Origin: Eledone cirrhosa
Lineage: Eukaryota
Direction: 5' to 3'
DNA length: 64,000 bases
Assembly: GCA_964016885.1 (NCBI GenBank)
Contig: OZ024747.1
Span: 66,340,001 to 66,404,000 of the forward strand
The notes below the pieces were generated by a model. That model ran no database searches and was not told the origin of the DNA. It worked only from the letters and a program-made list of their open reading frames with translations. Position 1 is the stretch's first letter. Each line of letters opens with the position of its first letter. The position numbers and the translations under genes were made by a program. Positions 54,648 through 64,000 of this stretch are shown here, piece after piece.

Positions 54648-56150
54648 TTAATTAGGTTTATAATATTTAAATGTTTTTTTTAGTTTATGATTACACGATA
54701 TAATTAATTCCTGTCTTTTATTTAATAAGATATCCCTAGACTTCATTATTTCAAATAGTTCTTGGGAACATAATCTACATTCCTTTCTATTATTTTGATA
54801 AGGGGTGGCTCTTTTGAGCACACTCCAGGTCAAATCATATTTTATATTTTTATTTTTATAACTATTGATTTTTTCTGCTAGAGATGTTGTATTAGCCATT
54901 GCGGCATTTTTAAAGCTATGTTTGTGGGTATTATACCTTGTCTTAAAATTGTTAGAGGTAGCTCCTATATATGAGCAAATAGAATCTTTAGTTTTAACAT
55001 TACATTTATAGACTATGTTGTTAACAAGACAATTCCCTTTTAATGGGCAGTTTGTTTTGTTTCTACAGTTACATCCTTTCGTTAATTCTGTATTTGAGGA
55101 GATATTATTGTTAATTTGATGTACTGGTGGTATACTTATGGTTTTCTTACATTTATATGCATTATATGCACTTATATTTTGTTTTATGTTATTTGTTGTA
55201 GAGTATGAGAATTTAACTGTAGACCTATTTAAGATTTGATGGTATTTGTGGTTTGGCGGGAAGTTTTTCTCAAGGATATAAAAAAATTTTTTAGCAATAT
55301 TATCCTTAACTTGTAAATTAAAAGGAGCATTATACCAAGTAACTCGTCTATTACGGTTTCTATGTTGTTTATTATTTTTATTATTTTTATATGTTGTATC
55401 ATGATTTTTACTAGGAGGAATAATGTTAATGATCTCACCACAACTATTTTTAGTTATATTTGTAGATTTAGGTGTTTTATCTTTTTTATTAGGAGTTTTA
55501 TTATTAATATTTATTATAGTCGTATGATGAGTAGTTTTTTGAGGGTTACTATACTTTATATTAGAAGATTTAGTATTTTGGGGTATACTGTGGGTGGCAT
55601 TTAGGTGTGTACTTTTCATTTGGTGTTTGTTGGTAATATTATGCTGTATGCTTTCAGTATTTTTAGTAGAAGGTATATACTCTAATCTATTTTTGTGGCC
55701 ACTTCTATCTAGAGCTTCATTATAAAAGGTCGCATTTTTATCAAATACATCTTGGTTAGAAGAAAGGTTAGAAATTCTAAGTGATATATTATATGCAAGG
55801 TTTTTAAGGATAGATTTAGGGTGATTAGATTGTGAGTGTATGTAATGTAAGTTTTGGTTAGGTTTATGGTAAGGTTGGTATATACCCGTAGCTAAATCTA
55901 AAGTTATATCTAGGAAATTTACTACTTTACTTGTTTTTTCAAAAGTAATATTAAGATTATAATAGTCTTTAAGGAAAGTTCTAATATGCTTTTTGTTTTT
56001 TTCGATTTCTGAAAGGCTAAGGTTGTTAGAAAGAAGAAGACAGTCATCACGATATAAACCACCTTTGAGGTGGGGAAAAGAGGCATTTATGTTGAAAAGG
56101 AGAAAGAGGCCCACAAGATCAGTAATTTGGGCAGAATCGCTTGAACCCAT
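54648..56150 (-). CDS. 5'-truncated copy of the family M ORF
   Basis: Matches the last 500 aa of 61168-63630 except NAAM vs NAAL. Confidence 0.9.
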   Translation of the reverse strand: MGSSDSAQITDLVGLFLLFNINASFPHLKGGLYRDDCLLLSNNLSLSEIEKNKKHIRTFLKDYYNLNITFEKTSKVVNFLDITLDLATGIYQPYHKPNQNLHYIHSQSNHPKSILKNLAYNISLRISNLSSNQDVFDKNATFYNEALDRSGHKNRLEYIPSTKNTESIQHNITNKHQMKSTHLNATHSIPQNTKSSNIKYSNPQKTTHHTTIININNKTPNKKDKTPKSTNITKNSCGEIINIIPPSKNHDTTYKNNKNNKQHRNRNRRVTWYNAPFNLQVKDNIAKKFFYILEKNFPPNHKYHQILNRSTVKFSYSTTNNIKQNISAYNAYKCKKTISIPPVHQINNNISSNTELTKGCNCRNKTNCPLKGNCLVNNIVYKCNVKTKDSICSYIGATSNNFKTRYNTHKHSFKNAAMANTTSLAEKINSYKNKNIKYDLTWSVLKRATPYQNNRKECRLCSQELFEIMKSRDILLNKRQELIISCNHKLKKTFKYYKPN

Positions 56151-59100
56151 AGTAATATCAAAAAGATTACTATAAGTGTTTCTGGTCCAGTATTCATTCT
56201 GAAATTCAATAAGTGTTTGTCTAGCATGTGTAATAATGTTAATGTCATCCGAAGTTAAATTAGATCTATTTTTAGCAAATATTAATGCTTTGTTCAGGAG
56301 TATGGGTGATATAGAAGAATAGTAATTATCTATATCAAACTGTAGGAAAGAAGCAGAAGATTTACACCTAATATTTTTAAACCAATTAATTTAAATCTTC
56401 TGCTTCTTTCCTACAGTTTGATATAGATAATACTATTTTCTATTTCACCATACTCTAGAAAAAGATTAATATTTGCTATAATAGTTCTAATTATCTATTG
56501 GATGGACATTAACATTATAAATGATTAGAGTTAAAGTTATTTGAACTTTCAGGTTGAAGTGTGGACTTCTCAATGCCAAAGGTTCAGTTCTATCTTCAAT
56601 ATTTAGTTTTTTTACTATGTTGTGTGTTTTGTTGTTGATGTTGGTGAGTGACACATTATTAGATTTTTTATAATTTTTTCTGAGTTCTTTATATATGAAC
56701 TCATTATAATGTTCAATATCCATATGATACAAGTTACCAGTTTTGTCCGAGTGGACATGGATTTTTTTAGACTTTTTTAGGTCCAATAGGGTAGAATCAA
56801 GGTCCTTAATTTACAAGTTAAGGATAATATTGCTAAAAAATTTTTTTATATCCTTGAGAAAAACTTCCCGCCAAACCACAAATACCATCAAATCTTAAAT
56901 AGGTCTACAGTTAAATTCTCATACTCTACAACAAATAACATAAAACAAAATATAAGTGCATATAATGCATATAAATGTAAGAAAACCATAAGTATACCAC
57001 CAGTACATCAAATTAACAATAATATCTCCTCAAATACAGAATTAACGAAAGGATGTAACTGTAGAAACAAAACAAACTGCCCATTAAAAGGGAATTGTCT
57101 TGTTAACAACATAGTCTATAAATGTAATGTTAAAACTAAAGATTCTATTTGCTCATATATAGGAGCTACCTCTAACAATTTTAAGACAAGGTATAATACC
57201 CACAAACATAGCTTTAAAAATGCCGCACTGGCTAATACAACATCTCTAGCAGAAAAAATCAATAGTTATAAAAATAAAAATATAAAATATGATTTGACCT
57301 GGAGTGTGCTCAAAAGAGCCACCCCTTATCAAAATAATAGAAAGGAATGTAGATTATGTTCCCAAGAACTATTTGAAATAATGAAGTCTAGGGATATCTT
57401 ATTAAATAAAAGACAGGAATTAATTATATCGTGTAATCATAAACTAAAAAAAACATTTAAATATTATAAACCTAATTAATAACATTATTCTAGAATTTAA
57501 TTTAATTTAAATGTTAGTTAACCTATAAATTTAATTTAATTAATATTTTATTACAGATGAGAAAATATTATATAATCATAAATTTTGAAAAATCTTTAAA
57601 TATTACTAATATATATTCAGTAATTTAATTTATAGATTAATTTTAACTTATTTTAACCTTTTATTATAATTTTTTAATTTAGTTTAACCTTTTATTATAA
57701 TTTTTTTTTTTTTTTATTATAATTCTTTTACAGATAAAATATAACAAAATAATATCATGTATCCTATGACGGAGAAAGAATTTTTAGTATTATTGACCTA
57801 ATTAATATACATTTTGGAAATATATTTATTATTTGGTTTTAGTTTTAATCAACCTAAAACTTTAATTTTAATTTGCTTAAAATTAGTATCCTTGTACAGA
57901 CGAATTGCAGAATGTCATGTAATCATAGAATGGGAGGTGTTTTGGATATATACCTAGTTAATATATTCTGTGCAATTTTTTGAAAAAGATATGTATATCT
58001 ATATATATATGTATATGTGTGTGTTGTATGTGTATCTGTATGTATATTTATGTGACTATATATGTATGTATGTGTATATATATGTATATATATATATATA
58101 TATATGTGTATGTATATGTATATGTATGTGTATGTGTATGTATATGTATATGTATGCGTATTAATTTTGATTTTTATTTGCATATAATTATATTATGCTA
58201 TTGATGAAATACAATTTCTGCTTTATGTATTGTATACCTAATTAACATATACTAATTAACGTATACTATTGAAATAAATATATAATTTTTAACTTAGTTA
58301 ACATATAATTTATATGCTACTACCGATGTAATACTTTATTTTATTTTTATTTGGTTTCTTTTCCCTATTACTAAATTCATCTCCTAATATTGATACCATA
58401 ACGTTATTAACTTTAATTTAGTTATAATGTAATTAATAATCTACTACTGTTTGACTTCATAATTCTGCTTCAAATATTATAAACCTAACTAATTTACACC
58501 TTGGAATTCAATATGTTGACTATCTTTGGTTTAGTTGACATATGATTAATGGTATACTTTTTTATTTTGTGATGCATAGATTTCGTATTTCATAGCACTG
58601 AAAATATGTAAGAACATACATTGAATTAAGATATGGAAAATATTATATGTTTCTTGAAACATATATTTACTTTGATCCCCTTCTCCAAACCCCCCCTTTC
58701 CCCCATACTATTATCATCTGTTTTTGTAAGTGTATATGTATGAATATATGTGTAGATGGGTGTCTATATAGTTTTTTGGTATTTATTTCTAAATATAAAA
58801 ATACATATATGAGCATGTAAATATGAATGTAAGATTGAGTGTGTATATATGATTGTACATACATATGTATGTATATATATGTATATATATGTATTATATA
58901 TGTATGTGTATGTGAATGTGTGGTATGTATATGTGTATGTATATGTATATATGTGTGTGTATGTGTATGCTTGTATATAGGAATATATATATGTGTATAT
59001 ATGTATATATATGTATATGCGTGTTTGTATGTATGTGTATATGGGTTCTGTATATATTTGTATGTCTCTCTATTTATATGTTTATCTTCGTATCTATGTG

Positions 59101-59314
59101 ATATATGTGTGTGTGTGTGCACGTATGCATATGTATGTGTTTGTGTGTGTTTGTATGTGTGTGTGTATATATATATGTATTTGCGCACACTCACATACAC
59201 ATATATATATATATATATATATGTGAGTGTGTATGTGTGTCTGTATGTGTGTGTGTGTGTATGTATGTGTATGTATATATGTGTGTGTATATATGTGTAT
59301 GTGTGTGTATATAG

Positions 59315-59346
<32 letters not shown>

Positions 59347-59467
59347 ATATAGGTGTCTATGTGTGAATATATGTCTTTACTCGTATGTGTGTATTTATAT
59401 ATGTATATATTTAGGTGTATGTATGTATGTGTATGTATGTATGTATATGTATATGTATGTATGTATA

Positions 59468-59520
<53 letters not shown>

Positions 59521-59729
59521 CTTTATTATTATTGTAATATAACTTATGTGTATATGTGTATAAGTGAGGTTGTGTATGTATATATACTATGTGTATATAT
59601 AAGAGTAATGAAATATATATATATATATATATATGTGCATGTCTGTATTTTATGTGTGTGTGTATATATATATGTGTATGTGTGTATATATGTATGTATA
59701 TATACATATATGTGTACGTGTGTGTATGT

Positions 59730-59770
<41 letters not shown>

Positions 59771-59881
59771 TGGGTGTTTGTATGTGTTTTTATGGTGGTA
59801 TGAGTGTGGGATATATATGTTTGTGTATAAGTGTATGTATGTGTATGTGTATATATATATGAGTCTATGTGTGTGTGTATA

Positions 59882-59920
<39 letters not shown>

Positions 59921-60690
59921 ATGTGTGTATGTGTTGCGCGTGTGTGTGTCTGTATTTATATCTTTTTATATGTGTATGTGTATGTTCGTGTAAATGTATG
60001 TGTGTGTATGACAGTATAGGTATGTGTGTATGTATGTATGTGTAGATATCTCTATGTGCGCGTACATGTATGTATGTGTATGTATATCTGTATGCGTATG
60101 TACATTATATTATATGTATTATATTTTATTGTTTTTATTTTTTTATTTTTCATAATTTATAGATACATTTATATTAGGCTGTCTGGTCTGACAATCTAAT
60201 ACTGACCCCTCCCCCCCCCCTCCCACCTAATTTCTGTATCTTGATCTTGAAATGTGTGTACCAGTGTTTTTATGTGAGTGACTTAATTTCTATTTGCTTA
60301 TGATTTTATATCCACATATATAAATGTGAGTGGGGGAGTGTGTGTGTTTGTATGTTCGTGGTTATGTGTATATTTATACATATACGCACATGTATGTGTG
60401 ATTATACTGATATGTGTGAGTATGAAAAAAATATATTTATATGCTTGACTCCATAAGTATCATTGCGTATCTTATCAGCGCATTAAGCTTACAGAGATAT
60501 TAACCTTGAAATTTTTTATTTGCATCCATCTTTTTAGTATGCACATACAAATTATACACACATTATTGTAAAATGTGTGTAAGGTTTTTACATGTATATA
60601 CACACACCAAACTGCTTTTTAACCCTTTGTGTTTTCATTGGTCAATTTTGAACTGATATTTTGAATTGTTGTTATTATCAATAAATATAC

Positions 60691-60845
60691 TTCATTATTT
60701 CTGAAGACGGCGTATATATGAGTTAGGTATGTATATTTAATCTTGATAATTTGTATAATTTTGTATAATTTTGTACATAGATCTGTTAAATATGCATACC
60801 AATTATAACACATATATACCCTAGAAACGATCGTTAAATAGTGAA
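60691..60845 (+). ncRNA. Hammerhead motif with ~115-nt stem II
   Basis: ttcattattt-CTGAAGA-[gtatatatg..ggtatgtatatttaa / ttaaatatgcatacc..catatatac]-GAAA-cgatcg-TT-aaatagtgaa. Stem I is 10 bp. Confidence 0.7.
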
Positions 60846-61167
60846 CTTTTTTTGTTTAATATAAGGAATTGTTTGTTCATTATTTGTTTAATATTTTATC
60901 TTGACTCTGTATACCGTTTATCTTTCACCGAAATTGGATTTTCATTACATCTCTTCTTTCCATGATATCCGGAATACATTGAGTTCTTCATACGGATTGG
61001 ACACTACCGTAAACTCTTGGTAGATTTATCTACATAATTTTGCTCCTATTTTCACGGAAATATTCGTATTTTTGTACTGTATGTGTGTATTAATTTTATA
61101 TTTATGTATAAACATATATATATGTATGATTTTGTAAACCCATATACATTTAGTTGAGCTCTTTCAA

Positions 61168-63630
61168 TTGTCCATCATCCATATCACAATGGAAAAACAA
61201 TATTTAGGAACCTCCTTAAAAAACATACCAATACCTTCTAAGGACGACTTCTTACTCCTTATGATTCAGAAAACTAATAATTTTATCAGAAGGGTTAGAT
61301 GGAGAGCCTACCACTTTGATAGAAAATCTAAACAGGCAGATCGGAAATATATGTATGATTTCAACACTTACAAGAATCCACCACACAACTTTTTACTTGA
61401 AGACTTCGAGAAAGACCTTTTTAATTTAATTAAACACCTCAAATTTAAAAAGTATAAATCCGTCTTTCAAAAGGACCTTGATTCTACCCTATTGGACCTA
61501 AAAAAGTCTAAAAAAATCCATGTCCACTCGGACAAAACTGGTAACTTGTATCATATGGATATTGAACATTATAATGAGTTCATATATAAAGAACTCAGAA
61601 AAAATTATAAAAAATCTAATAATGTGTCACTCACCAACATCAACAACAAAACACACAACATAGTAAAAAAACTAAATATTGAAGATAGAACTGAACCTTT
61701 GGCATTGAGAAGTCCACACTTCAACCTGAAAGATCACAAATCTAACTTTAACTCTAATCCTTCTATTAGACTTATATGTCCCTCCAAATCAGATATTGGA
61801 ATAATTAGCAAAAAAATTTTAGATAGAGTCATCCCACAAATAAGAAAATACGTTATTTTACCACTCTGGGAAAACACCTCCCAGGTAATTAATTGGTTTA
61901 AAAATATTAGGTGTAAATCTTCTGCTTCTTTCCTACAGTTTGATATAGATAATTACTATTCTTCTATATCACCCATACTCCTGAACAAAGCATTAATATT
62001 TGCTAAAAATAGATCTAATTTAACTTCGGATGACATTAACATTATTACACATGCTAGACAAACACTTATTGAATTTCAGAATGAATACTGGACCAGAAAC
62101 ACTTATAGTAATCTTTTTGATATTACTATGGGTTCAAGCGATTCTGCCCAAATTACTGATCTTGTGGGCCTCTTTCTCCTTTTCAACATAAATGCCTCTT
62201 TTCCCCACCTCAAAGGTGGTTTATATCGTGATGACTGTCTTCTTCTTTCTAACAACCTTAGCCTTTCAGAAATCGAAAAAAACAAAAAGCATATTAGAAC
62301 TTTCCTTAAAGACTATTATAATCTTAATATTACTTTTGAAAAAACAAGTAAAGTAGTAAATTTCCTAGATATAACTTTAGATTTAGCTACGGGTATATAC
62401 CAACCTTACCATAAACCTAACCAAAACTTACATTACATACACTCACAATCTAATCACCCTAAATCTATCCTTAAAAACCTTGCATATAATATATCACTTA
62501 GAATTTCTAACCTTTCTTCTAACCAAGATGTATTTGATAAAAATGCGACCTTTTATAATGAAGCTCTAGATAGAAGTGGCCACAAAAATAGATTAGAGTA
62601 TATACCTTCTACTAAAAATACTGAAAGCATACAGCATAATATTACCAACAAACACCAAATGAAAAGTACACACCTAAATGCCACCCACAGTATACCCCAA
62701 AATACTAAATCTTCTAATATAAAGTATAGTAACCCTCAAAAAACTACTCATCATACGACTATAATAAATATTAATAATAAAACTCCTAATAAAAAAGATA
62801 AAACACCTAAATCTACAAATATAACTAAAAATAGTTGTGGTGAGATCATTAACATTATTCCTCCTAGTAAAAATCATGATACAACATATAAAAATAATAA
62901 AAATAATAAACAACATAGAAACCGTAATAGACGAGTTACTTGGTATAATGCTCCTTTTAATTTACAAGTTAAGGATAATATTGCTAAAAAATTTTTTTAT
63001 ATCCTTGAGAAAAACTTCCCGCCAAACCACAAATACCATCAAATCTTAAATAGGTCTACAGTTAAATTCTCATACTCTACAACAAATAACATAAAACAAA
63101 ATATAAGTGCATATAATGCATATAAATGTAAGAAAACCATAAGTATACCACCAGTACATCAAATTAACAATAATATCTCCTCAAATACAGAATTAACGAA
63201 AGGATGTAACTGTAGAAACAAAACAAACTGCCCATTAAAAGGGAATTGTCTTGTTAACAACATAGTCTATAAATGTAATGTTAAAACTAAAGATTCTATT
63301 TGCTCATATATAGGAGCTACCTCTAACAATTTTAAGACAAGGTATAATACCCACAAACATAGCTTTAAAAATGCCGCACTGGCTAATACAACATCTCTAG
63401 CAGAAAAAATCAATAGTTATAAAAATAAAAATATAAAATATGATTTGACCTGGAGTGTGCTCAAAAGAGCCACCCCTTATCAAAATAATAGAAAGGAATG
63501 TAGATTATGTTCCCAAGAACTATTTGAAATAATGAAGTCTAGGGATATCTTATTAAATAAAAGACAGGAATTAATTATATCGTGTAATCATAAACTAAAA
63601 AAAACATTTAAATATTATAAACCTAATTAA
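61168..63630 (+). CDS. Intact Hydra-like PLE RT + GIY-YIG (likely ATG at 61189)
   Basis: SLKNIPIP, SDKTG, RLICPSKS, FDIDNYY, MGSSDS, GGLYRDD and NFLD. These are followed by CNCRNKTNC, IVYKC..YIG..R, CRLC and CNH. Confidence 0.95.
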   Translation: MSIIHITMEKQYLGTSLKNIPIPSKDDFLLLMIQKTNNFIRRVRWRAYHFDRKSKQADRKYMYDFNTYKNPPHNFLLEDFEKDLFNLIKHLKFKKYKSVFQKDLDSTLLDLKKSKKIHVHSDKTGNLYHMDIEHYNEFIYKELRKNYKKSNNVSLTNINNKTHNIVKKLNIEDRTEPLALRSPHFNLKDHKSNFNSNPSIRLICPSKSDIGIISKKILDRVIPQIRKYVILPLWENTSQVINWFKNIRCKSSASFLQFDIDNYYSSISPILLNKALIFAKNRSNLTSDDINIITHARQTLIEFQNEYWTRNTYSNLFDITMGSSDSAQITDLVGLFLLFNINASFPHLKGGLYRDDCLLLSNNLSLSEIEKNKKHIRTFLKDYYNLNITFEKTSKVVNFLDITLDLATGIYQPYHKPNQNLHYIHSQSNHPKSILKNLAYNISLRISNLSSNQDVFDKNATFYNEALDRSGHKNRLEYIPSTKNTESIQHNITNKHQMKSTHLNATHSIPQNTKSSNIKYSNPQKTTHHTTIININNKTPNKKDKTPKSTNITKNSCGEIINIIPPSKNHDTTYKNNKNNKQHRNRNRRVTWYNAPFNLQVKDNIAKKFFYILEKNFPPNHKYHQILNRSTVKFSYSTTNNIKQNISAYNAYKCKKTISIPPVHQINNNISSNTELTKGCNCRNKTNCPLKGNCLVNNIVYKCNVKTKDSICSYIGATSNNFKTRYNTHKHSFKNAALANTTSLAEKINSYKNKNIKYDLTWSVLKRATPYQNNRKECRLCSQELFEIMKSRDILLNKRQELIISCNHKLKKTFKYYKPN

Positions 63631-64000
63631 TAACATTATTCTAGAATTTAATTTAATTTAAATGTTAGTTAACCTATAAATTTAATTTAATTAATATTTT
63701 ATTACAGATGAGAAAATATTATATAATCATAAATTTTGAAAAACCTTTAAATATTACTAATATATATTCAGTAATTTAATTTATAGATTAATTTTAACTT
63801 ATTTTAACCTTTTATTATAATTTTTTAATTTAGTTTAACCTTTTATTATAATTTTTTTTTTTTATTATAATTCTTTTACAGATAAAATATAACAAAATAA
63901 TATCATGTATCCTATGACGGAGAAAGAATTTTTAGTATTATTGACCTAATTAATATACATTTTGGAAATATATTTATTATTTGGTTTTAGTTTTAATCAA

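Larger units (their letters stand above)
51230..64000. mobile_element. Hydra-like PLE family M: inverted truncated copy (51230-56806) plus partial tandem (56806 to beyond the window), 6151-bp unit
   Basis: ~4.1-kb near-perfect inverted arms (coordinates sum to ~112129). ORF stops fall at 54648(-), 57479(+) and 63630(+). Confidence 0.95.

Noticed and set aside
51230-60899. Entire 4.1-kb palindrome as a pure assembly artefact
   Set aside because: The arms carry distinct substitutions and an asymmetric centre, and the layout matches known PLE structure. An artefact is not fully excluded without reads.

Overview
Eukaryotic, AT-rich, essentially gene-free repeat cluster. The host is probably a cephalopod such as Octopus, inferred only from the SINE/RTE types and microsatellite load. 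No host gene is recognisable. Long (TA)n arrays hold at least 7 families of Penelope-like retroelements (PLEs: RT plus C-terminal GIY-YIG, Hydra-like and Neptune/Nematis-like), RTE, CR1-like and CRE-like non-LTR elements, tRNA-derived SINEs, a hAT MITE and a solo-LTR-like repeat. There is a 200-N gap. Reading by eye gave about 26 type I hammerhead-ribozyme (HHR) motifs in about 13 sequence families. Most are minimal, with a palindromic stem III, and several have variant cores (U3-A8 covariation, U4C, an extra base after A9, very long stem II). One family defines a non-coding ~0.5-kb tandem retrozyme-like element. A recurring architecture is two 5'-truncated retro-copies, often from unrelated families, fused head-to-head with both 3' ends anchored in (TA)n. 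All folds and alignments were done by eye and none has been computed.
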